The notes under the pieces: model-generated | The model's input: only the letters and a program-made list of their open reading frames with translations | Database searches by the model: none | What the model was told of the DNA's origin: nothing | Program-made: the position numbers and the translations under genes | In this document: positions 28,791 to 38,407 of the stretch, piece by piece | Layout: the number at the start of each line of letters is the position of its first letter | Numbering within the stretch: position 1 is the first letter of the stretch | Origin: Candidatus Omnitrophota bacterium | GTDB lineage: Bacteria; Omnitrophota; Gorgyraeia; JAHJTE01 | NCBI GenBank assembly: GCA_040753675.1 | Contig: JBFMEB010000004.1 | Location: 4,288 to 68,287, forward strand | DNA length: 64,000 bases | Direction of reading: 5' to 3'

Positions 28791-29537
28791 TCAATATTTG
28801 ATTTGCAGATTGGTTTTCATTGTGCGCATTTTGGCAAGTTCCCACGAATATTCATAAAGATGCAAACCCTTGCTTACTGCGATAATCTCCCCATCTTGCA
28901 CGCCTATTTCGCTGGCCATATATTGTTTTACCAGTTGTAATCCACCTAGATTTGAAGGAAAGCCGCCCCATAAATCCCAAGAACGAAAATAGAGAACAAA
29001 GTGCAACTTCCCATAGCGGACGCGTGTATCAATTAAACGCAGGCAAGGTGGGTCTTGCAATTTTATATCTGAAGGCATACCAATCTCCATAATTGCCTGA
29101 TTAGTGCCATGGCCTTGCGTCTTGTATATCTTAATAACCTCTTCAACTTGGTTGACATTTAGCGGTAATTCCTTGTATTTAGCAGTATCTGTCTCTATCT
29201 TAACTTTAATGCGCGGGTCAACCAACCGCTCGCCATAAGTATAGTCTTCTGTTTCAGTTTTTGTTCCGGTCAATAGATAAGAAAGATAACCTTGCACATA
29301 ATCCATATCAGTCGGAGCAGGAATATTCATACCCTCAGGAATTATCGGTATAATCTGATGGCTGGGGTTTCTAACCCTTACTACGCAAAAATCAAATTCC
29401 AAGCGGCGCTGCCCCTCGTAACTTCCGCGCGTAATAGTATACACAAAGCCTTTTTCCAAAATAGCATTTAAGGTTTGAAACCAGGCGTCATCTAAATCAA
29501 AGGCATCAATAAAAACCGGATTTAATTGTTGGTCCAT
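28791..29537 (-). CDS. Thymidylate synthase family protein (short ThyA-like)
   Basis: 248 aa; YTYGERL, PPCL...GKL..LYFRSWDLWGGFPSN..........HLYEY. The Cys-containing motif aligns with the ThyA PCH...LYQRSCDVFLGLPFN...HLY active-site region. Confidence 0.55.
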   Translation of the reverse strand: MDQQLNPVFIDAFDLDDAWFQTLNAILEKGFVYTITRGSYEGQRRLEFDFCVVRVRNPSHQIIPIIPEGMNIPAPTDMDYVQGYLSYLLTGTKTETEDYTYGERLVDPRIKVKIETDTAKYKELPLNVNQVEEVIKIYKTQGHGTNQAIMEIGMPSDIKLQDPPCLRLIDTRVRYGKLHFVLYFRSWDLWGGFPSNLGGLQLVKQYMASEIGVQDGEIIAVSKGLHLYEYSWELAKMRTMKTNLQIKY

Positions 29538-29652
29538 AATTTTTTAAGGTGTAAATTCCGCTTTCATTGTATTGCCATCCAACTGAAATGTCAATTTTAA
29601 TCCTATAGGATTGTTTTTACCACAGACAAAGCAAAAATAATCATCCTGAAGA

Positions 29653-30435
29653 TTAATCTTCCTTTTCAGTCTCATACTTAGTCATCATCATAACTGCAGG
29701 TGCCAAAGACACCACGCCCTCTACTTTCAAGGGCAATCTTTTCTCATCAGCGCTAAACCAGAATTTAAATTTGTTAGGGATGCTCTCAATGTAAAAGGCC
29801 TTAAATTTTCCAGCAGGCACTTCAACTTCCTCAATTCTTTTAACCTGCAGTTTAAGTTTATATAGGGGTAAATTTAAAACGAGTTCATTGCCTACTTCGA
29901 AATCTTCCAGCGTGCGATAATAATAAATACTGGAAATAATATGCTGAAAAGGAGCGTCCGAAGTTATGGTTCTGGCATTTTGAAATTTTTTATTCTTAGT
30001 AATGACGACACTGTTTCGTTTTGAAAAATAATCCTCTTCGATTGTTTCTTTTCTGATAATCAGGGAAATTTTCCGTACTACGAACAAAGGATTAAACGTC
30101 TCTAAATCTATATATATATTTTCAAGGTCCTTAAAATTAGCCACGTCAGCCAAAAAGCTGACTAAAACACCTGTGAGGCCATTTTTCGCGACAATTCCTT
30201 TATAAGACATTTTAGCAGTGCCAATCTTAAAACCACGCAATTTTACATCATAATTAATTGTCTCGCCTTTTTTGAAAATAAAATTAGCCCCAAAATTCGG
30301 CTCTTCAGGAGAAGAAAATAAAAAGAAGCCATTTTTGTAGATTCCATTTGAAAATTTATTTGAAAGAAAACAATAAGTTATAAGGATACCAACGGCAATT
30401 ATAAGTATTAGCAAAAATAAACTATTTTTTTTCAT
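29653..30435 (-). CDS. Hypothetical exported/membrane-anchored protein
   Basis: 260 aa; N-terminal hydrophobic signal/anchor MKKNSLFLLILIIAVGILITYCF. Confidence 0.4.
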   Translation of the reverse strand: MKKNSLFLLILIIAVGILITYCFLSNKFSNGIYKNGFFLFSSPEEPNFGANFIFKKGETINYDVKLRGFKIGTAKMSYKGIVAKNGLTGVLVSFLADVANFKDLENIYIDLETFNPLFVVRKISLIIRKETIEEDYFSKRNSVVITKNKKFQNARTITSDAPFQHIISSIYYYRTLEDFEVGNELVLNLPLYKLKLQVKRIEEVEVPAGKFKAFYIESIPNKFKFWFSADEKRLPLKVEGVVSLAPAVMMMTKYETEKED

Positions 30436-30451
30436 AGAAGTCTCTTAAAAC

Positions 30452-31024
30452 TTAATCGGATAATGCTGCCAGTGCTATTCTTGCTACCTGTTTTTCCAGA
30501 CCAGGAAAATCTAAGATTTCACCCTTTCTATCAATCTTAGCAAATAATAATTCTCCGCAATACTGTGTATTAATGACTTGAAAGAAAAGCCTGACGATTT
30601 GCTTTGCATTTTCGAAAAATTCATTTTTAGCCGCAGCTGCTATTAAAATCAAAAATCCTTTTTTTCTTTTTATATCAGTTTTTCCTTTTCTGATCTTTGC
30701 CAGCCAGAATGGCTGCATACGGTCTATAAGCATCTTGGCCTGGGCAGTAAGGCTGCCAAAATAAATGGGCGAACCAAAAACTATTGCGTCAGATTCAATT
30801 ATCTCTTTATAAATTGGTCTTAGGTCATCTTGTAAAATACAACATTCATCTCTATCGCAACCTCCACAGACCTGGCAAGGTTTAAAGTTCAGGTTATTTA
30901 TATCTATCTTGGTAACCCTAGCGCGACCTCCGATAGTCTGCCTGATTTTCTCTAAAACAATATCAGTATTGCCCCCAACTCTGGGGCTGGCATTTAGAAG
31001 TAAAATTAATTTTCCTTTATGCAT
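30452..31024 (-). CDS. Flavodoxin-like NAD(P)H-dependent FMN reductase / iron-sulfur flavoprotein family
   Basis: 190 aa; KLILLLNASPRVGGNT, a Cys cluster CQVCGGCDRDECC, and FGSPIYFGS. Confidence 0.7.
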   Translation of the reverse strand: MHKGKLILLLNASPRVGGNTDIVLEKIRQTIGGRARVTKIDINNLNFKPCQVCGGCDRDECCILQDDLRPIYKEIIESDAIVFGSPIYFGSLTAQAKMLIDRMQPFWLAKIRKGKTDIKRKKGFLILIAAAAKNEFFENAKQIVRLFFQVINTQYCGELLFAKIDRKGEILDFPGLEKQVARIALAALSD

Positions 31025-31038
31025 ATAATCGCGCCTTT

Positions 31039-32556
31039 TTAAATTTTATTCATCCTTAATTGTTCTTTATCAATTTTACCTGATCTATTTTTAGGTAAGG
31101 CATCTCTAAATTCAAAATAATGCGGAATTTTAAAATGCGCTAAATGCTCGCGACAAAAATAACGTACCTCATCTTCGCTAAGAGAGCTGCCTTCCTTTAA
31201 TGCTATAAATGCCTTAGGAACCTCTCCGCGTAAGCTATCTTTCACGCCGACAACAGCAACTTCGCAAACACCAGGATGTTTTTGTATTACTGCTTCGACT
31301 TCCGGCTCAAAAACAATTTCACCGGCAACCTTAATCATCTCTTTTTTTCTTCCTACAATATAGAGAAATTTTTCTGCATCAAACTTACCTAAATCACCTG
31401 TGAAAAACCAGCCATTGCGCATTACCTGTTTAGTAGCTTCTGGGTCCTGGTAATAACCGTCTGTTACCACCCAACCACGAACAGCTATTTCTCCAACTGT
31501 GCCTATGGCAACCTCTTTATCTTCCTTGTCGAATATTTTCACCTCTATCCAAGGCGCAGGTATTCCTACGCTTTCGATCTTTTTTGAATTAATTGGCAAA
31601 ACTGTAGTAGGAGCGTTTGTTTCAGTCAGACCCCAGCCGTTGACTAATACTACGTTCGGGCAAAATTGATTAAATTTACGAAGCGCATCAGGAGAACTTG
31701 ATGCGCCAAAAGTGACGATCCAGCGCAGGTGAGACAAATCAAAACTTTCAAATTCTTTTAATTGTAGGACTGCATAATACATTGAAGGTACAATCCAGAA
31801 ACAAGTTATCTTATATTTTTGGATATTTTTTAAGAATTCCAAAGGTATAAATCTCTCCATTAAAACTATTGTTATCCCATAGAATACACAATTTTGCAGA
31901 TAGATTAAACCTCCAGTATGAGAAAATGGCAAAGCGCAAAGGGCAATGTCTTCCTCTTTTAATTCGACAAAAAACTCCATAGATTTTGGCGCGGCTGTCA
32001 ATTGTAAGTAATTTATTAAGACGCCCTTGGGTTTACCTGTTGTGCCTGATGTGTAAAAAATTATTGCATAATCTTTATCGCTTGCCGCAACCGCGGGTGG
32101 ACTATCCTCACCTTTTCGTAATAACTCTTGAAAAGCTAAGAATCCTTCTGAATTTTCAGCGCAGACTACAATCTGTTTCAAGCTTGGGCACTTTTCCTTG
32201 ATAGCGGCTAGTGAAATATTCTGCTTAGGCTTAATAATCAGCAATTTTGCCTGAGAATGCGTTATGCAGGAAACAACCTCTTCTTCGGTAAGCATAAAAT
32301 CCAACGGAACGCAAGTTGCGCCAGCGCACCATAACGCTAAATAACTATAGGCATATTCTAAACAATTAGGCAGATAAATAGCTATTATTTCAGATTTATT
32401 TATTCCTATTTTTTTTAGAGCGCTGGCCAGCTTAAAAGCCGAAGAGCGAAGCTGGCTAAAAGTTACTGACTCTTCTTTAAAAATTATTGCCTTTTTGTCA
32501 GCAAATTTCTTTGCTTTTTCATCTAAGATATTAGCAATATTCATAATCCATACCAA
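31039..32556 (-). CDS. AMP-dependent synthetase/ligase (acyl-CoA synthetase)
   Basis: 505 aa; YTSGTTGKPKGV AMP-binding motif and a C-terminal GKIDKEQL. Confidence 0.8.
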   Translation of the reverse strand: MVWIMNIANILDEKAKKFADKKAIIFKEESVTFSQLRSSAFKLASALKKIGINKSEIIAIYLPNCLEYAYSYLALWCAGATCVPLDFMLTEEEVVSCITHSQAKLLIIKPKQNISLAAIKEKCPSLKQIVVCAENSEGFLAFQELLRKGEDSPPAVAASDKDYAIIFYTSGTTGKPKGVLINYLQLTAAPKSMEFFVELKEEDIALCALPFSHTGGLIYLQNCVFYGITIVLMERFIPLEFLKNIQKYKITCFWIVPSMYYAVLQLKEFESFDLSHLRWIVTFGASSSPDALRKFNQFCPNVVLVNGWGLTETNAPTTVLPINSKKIESVGIPAPWIEVKIFDKEDKEVAIGTVGEIAVRGWVVTDGYYQDPEATKQVMRNGWFFTGDLGKFDAEKFLYIVGRKKEMIKVAGEIVFEPEVEAVIQKHPGVCEVAVVGVKDSLRGEVPKAFIALKEGSSLSEDEVRYFCREHLAHFKIPHYFEFRDALPKNRSGKIDKEQLRMNKI

Positions 32557-34025
32557 TAATTAACCAGCGGCTTGGAATCTTTGGATTTATCAGTCACCAG
32601 GGTTTTTAATCGGGTGTATTCCAAAAAACCTTCCCGGCCTAATTCCTTGCCAAAACCGCTCTGCTTAAATCCGCCGTAAGGTAACTCATTATAAAACATT
32701 CCATAGGTATTAATCCAAACTATACCCGCATCTATTTTACCAGCCAATTCTTTGGCTTTCGAGATATCTTTTGTCCAGATACAGAGCGCTAACCCAAAAT
32801 CAGTTGAATCTGCCAACCGGACAGCCTCTTCTTGATCAGAGAATTTGCCTAAAGTTACCACTGGACCAAAAACCTCTTGCTTAAAAATTGCCATTTCCGG
32901 TGTTACTTCCTCAAATATAGTTGGCTCAAAGAAAAATCCCTTTTTTAACTTCGCATCTTTAGGGATCTCGCCCCCCCAAAGTAATTTAGCGCCATCTGCC
33001 TTGGCCTTATTAACATAGTCTAAAACTTTTTTACGCTGCTCATTAGAGATTAAAGGCCCCATCTGGGTCTCATGGTCTAGGCCCTCTCCCAATTTAATAC
33101 GCTTAGCCTTCTCGCTAAATTCAAATCTAAATTTATCGTATAAAGCATCCTCAACAAAAATCCTAGACATCGCCGTACACATTTGGCCCTGATTTAAAAA
33201 TATAGAACATAAAGAGCCGTTAACCGCAGCTTCTAAGTCTGCATCTTTAAAGATTATGCTCGCCGACTTACCGCCTAATTCCATAATCAGTTTCTTTACC
33301 TGATTCGCAGACGAGCTAATAATTTCTTTGCCGACTTCGTTACTGCCAGTAAAAGAAACCAAATCCACTCTTTTGTCCGAGCATAGAGCCTTGCCGATTC
33401 TCTCTCCGCTTGCGTTAATAATATTCACTGCCCCTTTAGGCATTCCAATCTTATCAATAATTTTGGCTAATTCAAAAACACTTAAAGGCGTCAAGCTCGA
33501 TGGTTTTAAGATAACCGTGTTACCAGCAGCAAGTGCCGCAGCTAATTTCCAAGAAGCTATTAATAATGGATAATTCCAAGGCACGATTAAGACTGCGACT
33601 CCCAAGGGCTCTCGGATAAGCCCGCCTTCTGCTTGAGAATCTAGCTTTAATGTATTCTCTACTAAAAAATTTTCCAAATTATTGGCAAAGTATTCAAACG
33701 TTTTTGCCGCAGAAGGGATATCCATAAAAGTCGATTCCTTAATCGGCTTACCTGTATTTAAAGTCTCCAGATTTGCCAGTTCAGCTGCATTCTCCAGAAT
33801 TGCTTGGGAAATTTTTAAAAGAAAATTTTTGCGCTCTTCTAAAGATATTGTTCGCCAAGGCCCTTCGTCAAAAGCTTTACGGGCCGCATCAATGCTCGAA
33901 TAAATTTCGCGTTCGCCAGCTACTGCCACTTCGGCTATTAAATCGCCTGTGCTGGGATTGATAATCTTGCTCCAATTTCCAGAATCCTTGAACTGGCCAT
34001 TAATAAATAAACTGAAACGTCTCAT
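32541..34025 (-). CDS. NAD(P)-dependent aldehyde dehydrogenase
   Basis: 494 aa; ELGGKSA, catalytic Cys in QGQMCTA, and the typical ALDH length. Confidence 0.9.
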   Translation of the reverse strand: MRRFSLFINGQFKDSGNWSKIINPSTGDLIAEVAVAGEREIYSSIDAARKAFDEGPWRTISLEERKNFLLKISQAILENAAELANLETLNTGKPIKESTFMDIPSAAKTFEYFANNLENFLVENTLKLDSQAEGGLIREPLGVAVLIVPWNYPLLIASWKLAAALAAGNTVILKPSSLTPLSVFELAKIIDKIGMPKGAVNIINASGERIGKALCSDKRVDLVSFTGSNEVGKEIISSSANQVKKLIMELGGKSASIIFKDADLEAAVNGSLCSIFLNQGQMCTAMSRIFVEDALYDKFRFEFSEKAKRIKLGEGLDHETQMGPLISNEQRKKVLDYVNKAKADGAKLLWGGEIPKDAKLKKGFFFEPTIFEEVTPEMAIFKQEVFGPVVTLGKFSDQEEAVRLADSTDFGLALCIWTKDISKAKELAGKIDAGIVWINTYGMFYNELPYGGFKQSGFGKELGREGFLEYTRLKTLVTDKSKDSKPLVNYWYGL

Positions 34026-35035
34026 TATTTTATACTCACCTCTTTAAATAACGCGAATAATTTGCTGAACGGCACATACCAACGGGAGAGCTTGCCGAGT
34101 TCGCCTTTTAATTTCATCTTGCCTTGCATAACCGCAACAAAAGGATCGAGTTTGCCTAAAAATACCAATTTCCAAATATCAGCCGGAGCAGAAATTATAA
34201 ACGGCGCATTGTCATTGAAATCTAACTTTTTAATCTCGCCTTTTTCAAAAGAGAATTTAAAGGCATTATCTGCGCCGTCTATCTTAATCGCCAACTCTAA
34301 GGTCAAGTCTAACTCCTTGCCTTTATTGCGGATATATTCGTCTTTATTAACCAAATCTACTATTGCCTGAATATGCTCCTTAGAGAACATGGTATAAATA
34401 TTATCGCTGCCTAACGTCTCTTTCAATTCCTTATCAAGCTCATCCAGAATTCCTTTCTTAAAAATCCTAGCCACTGCTACTACTTTTACTGCCTCTTCCA
34501 AAGTTTCGATTAAACTCAGCGCATCTTTAAAATTCTGGGCAATTGAAACCACGCCGTGATTCTTAAGCACTACCTGGTTATTACATTTTAACGCCTCGAT
34601 TACAAGTTCAGGCCTGCTAACAGCCGGTGTGTCCTGTTCGATAACCGGAATGTTACCTAAAGAAAGCTTGGTTTCAAAAGTTAAGGCTTTAATATCAGAG
34701 TAAAGGGCAAAATAGGCATTTATTAAAGCCGGGTGGCAATGCACAATAACCTTATTATCAGGAAAGCTTTTATATACAAGATGGTGCAGCGGAAATTCGC
34801 TGGTAAGTCGGCTGTTTGCTAAATCTTGCGGCCTATTTAGATTTACCTTGATGATATCATAATTTTTTAAGTCTGATAGTGAGGCGCCGGTTGAGGTAAC
34901 CAGTATATTATCCTGGTCTAACTTAGCGCTTAAGTTTCCCGCGCGGCCGACCACTAAGCGCATCTGGTATAGTCTTTTTCCTATATAAATTATTTCCTCT
35001 TTCAGCTCTTTTTCCCTGCCAAAAAACATATTCAA
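34025..35035 (-). CDS. Class II aldolase/adducin family protein fused to a C-terminal SCP2 sterol-carrier domain (candidate methylthioribulose-1-phosphate aldolase)
   Basis: 336 aa; N-terminal LVVGRAGNLSAKLD...HCHPALINAYF (class II aldolase metal ligands) and a C-terminal KLDPFVAVMQGKMKLKGELGKL (SCP2). Confidence 0.7.
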   Translation of the reverse strand: MNMFFGREKELKEEIIYIGKRLYQMRLVVGRAGNLSAKLDQDNILVTSTGASLSDLKNYDIIKVNLNRPQDLANSRLTSEFPLHHLVYKSFPDNKVIVHCHPALINAYFALYSDIKALTFETKLSLGNIPVIEQDTPAVSRPELVIEALKCNNQVVLKNHGVVSIAQNFKDALSLIETLEEAVKVVAVARIFKKGILDELDKELKETLGSDNIYTMFSKEHIQAIVDLVNKDEYIRNKGKELDLTLELAIKIDGADNAFKFSFEKGEIKKLDFNDNAPFIISAPADIWKLVFLGKLDPFVAVMQGKMKLKGELGKLSRWYVPFSKLFALFKEVSIK

Positions 35036-35955
35036 ATCTCCAAATAAATATGCTTAGTAATCAAATCCCTGGGGGTAATATCAAAAGCAGGATAATATGC
35101 CTTTATCCCTTTCGGGGCAAGCCGAACCCCGTCAAAATTTAATAATTCCTTTTGCGGCCTAATCTCGATTTTAATATCTTTACCGGTTTTTGTTTTTGAG
35201 AAAGGAGGACATAAAACATAAAAGGGTATCTTAAAATGGTTGGCTAAAACCGCTATCTGATAAGTCCCGATTTTATTGGCAATGTCGCCATTCTGCGCTA
35301 AATGGTCTGCGCCAACAATAACCTTATCAATCTTACCCTCTGACATAACCTGGCCTATCATATTATCCGTAATTAAGGTAACCGGGAAATCCTCTCTTTT
35401 TAATTCCCAGGCGGTTAAGCGCGAACCCTGTAAATAAGGTCGAGTCTCCGGAACAAAGAAACTAACCTTTTTATTGTCTTTTCGGCAAAATTCTCCTATA
35501 AGAGGCATAAGCCCGCTGACATTGCAATAGGTCAATATCACATCATTATTTTTAATCAAAATACTTGCTTTCCTTGCCTGCTCTATGCGCTTACTTTTAA
35601 GCATTTCTAAAAATCCGAATATATTTTTTTCCAGATCAGCTCCTGATTTAACCCAGCCTAAAACTAAATCAGTTAGATATTTAAAAGACAATGTTGGCCG
35701 GCTCGTATTTATTGCCTTGGCAATATGCTCTAAATGCGAAAAACTCCTATCCTTAGCTAATTCTAAAATAAAAACATACATTACCAAAAGCACCTGGCCT
35801 ACTGCGCGCGTCTTCATCTCTTTTATAGCCTTAACTGCCTGTTTATAATCCTTTATTTTTATATAGGATAATTTAAATGGGAGGCTAGTTTCATCTAAGA
35901 CATATATAATATTACCCTTTAACTGAACTGGCCAAAAAAGCGGCGATAGTCTCAT
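35032..35955 (-). CDS. mtnA: S-methyl-5-thioribose-1-phosphate isomerase (eIF-2B alpha/beta/delta family)
   Basis: 307 aa; IF-2B family fold with VIVGADHLAQNGDIANKIGTYQIAVLANHFKIPFYV. Confidence 0.8.
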   Translation of the reverse strand: MRLSPLFWPVQLKGNIIYVLDETSLPFKLSYIKIKDYKQAVKAIKEMKTRAVGQVLLVMYVFILELAKDRSFSHLEHIAKAINTSRPTLSFKYLTDLVLGWVKSGADLEKNIFGFLEMLKSKRIEQARKASILIKNNDVILTYCNVSGLMPLIGEFCRKDNKKVSFFVPETRPYLQGSRLTAWELKREDFPVTLITDNMIGQVMSEGKIDKVIVGADHLAQNGDIANKIGTYQIAVLANHFKIPFYVLCPPFSKTKTGKDIKIEIRPQKELLNFDGVRLAPKGIKAYYPAFDITPRDLITKHIYLEI

Positions 35956-36701
35956 TTGCCCTCAAGTCTTTTTACAGTTTCTAAAGCAATTTCTATTAAT
36001 TTACTTTCCGCCATATAATAAAGCGGATTCATAAAGCCCATCTCTCCGGTAATCACATTATCGCTTACTGCCAAAATAGAGCCAGCTTTAATCTTGTAAA
36101 CTGCGGCAATAGTTAATAGACTTGATGATACCATATCTACGGATATTGCACCCATTTTTCGTTTTGCCTCAACTACCTCTCTGGTTTCTCGCAATAACGC
36201 ATCCGTTGTCCAAACAATGCCCCGATGGATATTCGTGCCTAAATCCTTTGCCACGTTAAAAAGTGTATCTGAAATTTTCTTATCTGCGGCTGTTTTGAAA
36301 CTATTATCAACATAATAAGGCGTAACCCCGTCTCCTCTTATAACCTCGTCAGCAATTACCAAATCGCCAATCTTTATATCTTCGCTCAATGACCCGCAAG
36401 TTCCTATGCGTATAATATTACTGATTTGCGCATTACACATGACTTCTGCTGTAATAGCTGTATCAGTAGAAAACCTTCCGCCATTCATTGCTGTGATTTT
36501 AATCCCCTGATATGAGCCGGTATGCATGGTATATTCCATAAAGGAAAAGTTTCTGACCGGATTTTCTAATTTTTTAATCAATACCTCTAATCTGTCTTTT
36601 GGCCCAGGAACAATTGCGTATTTACCAACATCCTGCGGCCGCAACTGCACCATATCAGTTAAATCTTTTCCAGTCAGATGAATATCCTTTTTCATCTCCA
36701 T
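35952..36701 (-). CDS. Nucleoside phosphorylase family 1 protein (candidate 5'-methylthioadenosine phosphorylase)
   Basis: 249 aa; PNP/UDP-1 fold (YAIVPGPKDR, IRIGTCGSL, DMVSSS). Assignment as MTA phosphorylase is by context, next to mtnA and the aldolase. Confidence 0.6.
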   Translation of the reverse strand: MEMKKDIHLTGKDLTDMVQLRPQDVGKYAIVPGPKDRLEVLIKKLENPVRNFSFMEYTMHTGSYQGIKITAMNGGRFSTDTAITAEVMCNAQISNIIRIGTCGSLSEDIKIGDLVIADEVIRGDGVTPYYVDNSFKTAADKKISDTLFNVAKDLGTNIHRGIVWTTDALLRETREVVEAKRKMGAISVDMVSSSLLTIAAVYKIKAGSILAVSDNVITGEMGFMNPLYYMAESKLIEIALETVKRLEGK

Positions 36702-37103
36702 TACTTTCTCCTTATAATTGTCTACTAATATTAAGCGGATTTAGCGGGTCCTGCCGAGCCTTGTTTTCGTAGCAACGCTACTCAAATCAAGTCTCGTCAC
36801 CCGCTAAATTAACCTTAATGAAACTGGCAATTTTCGAGCATTTTACAATTGACTTGGCAAGTTTTGAGCAAGACGTCAAAAATTCTTCTCTATTTTTACT
36901 TCCCCAAAGATGAAACTGGCAATTTTCGAGCGAATAGAGATTTTAGCCAAGGAAGCTTGAGCATTTCGGGAATCCCGTACTTTTGGATGGCGAGGATGTT
37001 TGAGTCCGTCCTGGCGAAAGCCGACGGACGAGTTCCGCAGCCACCGAAATGCGAAAGACCCTTGGCGTTAAAAAATCGAACTGAAGCGAGAAAATTGCCA
37101 GTT
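36702..37103. promoter_or_regulatory. 400-bp non-coding leader/spacer with candidate structured RNA and a 19-mer repeat (AAACTGGCAATTTTCGAGC x2 direct and x1 inverted)
   Basis: 11-bp stem ATTTAGCGGGT...ACCCGCTAAAT encloses GTAGCGTTGCTAC immediately upstream of the phosphorylase start. A GC-rich hairpin GTCCGTC..GACGGAC lies near 37000-37060. The track ORFs 36849-37124 (+) and 36896-37111 (-) overlap each other and are probably not coding. Confidence 0.4.
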
Positions 37104-38012
37104 TCATCCAAGCACCCTCTCTAAATTCCCTCCTAAAATATCTTCTTTATCTTCTTGTTTTATAGCCAAATCTTTGACTGCCTTAATTGAACCAATTATA
37201 TCCTTTTTTGCTGGCCAGTCGCTACCCCAAAGAAGATGTTTGGGTCCTAATAATTCTAAGGCGGAAAGGAAATTTGTCTTAGATATATCTCCGCTTGTAT
37301 CTACATAAATATTTTTTAAATAAGCAGTAGGGTTATCTTTCAAATCTTTTACGAAATTTATGCCTCTTAACATTTTATAGGTTGCGTCAAAACGCCCAGC
37401 AATATGGCAAGTAATTCCTCCAAAATAGGCAAATATAAATTTGACATCGCAATATTTACGCAAGATATCAGACATCAAAAGCTTTCCTATACAAATGGTG
37501 GTATCAAAGATATATTCAACTACCGGAGTAAGCAAGGGATCATTAACTCTTTCATAACCGATAGGATTAATTATCTGAGAGTGCACAAAAATTGGTATTT
37601 CTTGTTTCAGGGCAATGTCATATATAGGAATAAATGAATTATCATCCAAATATACGCCGTTATAGCTGCTAGCCAGACAGATTGCCTTAAATCCTAAGCC
37701 TTCTCTTGCGCGTTTTAATTCAACTATCATCTGCTCTCGGTTACCATCTGGTAAAACAGCAGCAGCAATGAATCTTTTAGGATAACGCTTAATAATCTTT
37801 GCTATATTATCATTATAAATATGGGCTAACTTCTCCTGCCCACCCAGTTTTAGATGCGCATCAGAAGTTGGATATGTTAACAGCGCCTTATCGATGCCTG
37901 CCTCATCCATCATCTTAAGATGGGCTTCTATATCTGACCAGGCCTTAGAAAAAAAGTGGGCATTTGCTACAATTTCTTCTGGCAACCAATGGCTATGGCT
38001 ATCAATAATCAT
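37104..38012 (-). CDS. Amidohydrolase-2 family metal-dependent hydrolase/decarboxylase
   Basis: 302 aa; N-terminal IIDSHSHW metal-binding HxH, a TIM barrel, and a C-terminal WGSDWP. Confidence 0.75.
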   Translation of the reverse strand: MIIDSHSHWLPEEIVANAHFFSKAWSDIEAHLKMMDEAGIDKALLTYPTSDAHLKLGGQEKLAHIYNDNIAKIIKRYPKRFIAAAVLPDGNREQMIVELKRAREGLGFKAICLASSYNGVYLDDNSFIPIYDIALKQEIPIFVHSQIINPIGYERVNDPLLTPVVEYIFDTTICIGKLLMSDILRKYCDVKFIFAYFGGITCHIAGRFDATYKMLRGINFVKDLKDNPTAYLKNIYVDTSGDISKTNFLSALELLGPKHLLWGSDWPAKKDIIGSIKAVKDLAIKQEDKEDILGGNLERVLG

Positions 38013-38404
38013 TTGTGGTCCGTGCTTTTTAGAATTCGCTCAATCATCTCTTTCTCATAAAGAGATTTTATTTCTTTTAAGCCTGCTCTTCCTAATACCT
38101 TAACTATGGCCTTTTCAATCGCCTTTAATTTAAATACTAGGAAACTATATTGCGGATGGAAAGCCTTATCCTCAAATTTTAAATTAAGCCCCTCTTTTTC
38201 CTTATTTTCGATATAAAGAGAAAACTCATCAATAAATTTACCTATTTCTTTTTTACTTCTGTGCCTTTTTAATTCTTTTAGCAAAAATTTATCAATCGAA
38301 AGTTGAGTAAATTTCCTCTCAATTCTGTCTAAGGATTCTTTAGTAGTCTTATACAACCAGATTAAATACCTTTTCTTTAAATCTTTTATATCTGCTTTTT
38401 CCAT
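38009..38404 (-). CDS. Hypothetical protein
   Basis: 131 aa, charged and helical. No motif recognised. Confidence 0.4.
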   Translation of the reverse strand: MEKADIKDLKKRYLIWLYKTTKESLDRIERKFTQLSIDKFLLKELKRHRSKKEIGKFIDEFSLYIENKEKEGLNLKFEDKAFHPQYSFLVFKLKAIEKAIVKVLGRAGLKEIKSLYEKEMIERILKSTDHK

Positions 38405-38407
38405 TTC

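Noticed and set aside
36702-36830. SAM-I/SAM-II/SAH riboswitch directly upstream of the salvage cluster
   Set aside because: I looked for the SAM-I core (kink-turn, pseudoknot, GGC..GCC P3) and SAM-II/SAH signatures by eye and did not find them. Kept only as a generic structured-leader candidate.
36849-37124. Overlapping track ORFs 36849-37124 (+) and 36896-37111 (-)
   Set aside because: They are mutually overlapping on opposite strands within a repeat-rich leader. Neither has a convincing start context or motif. The region is more likely non-coding RNA or regulatory.
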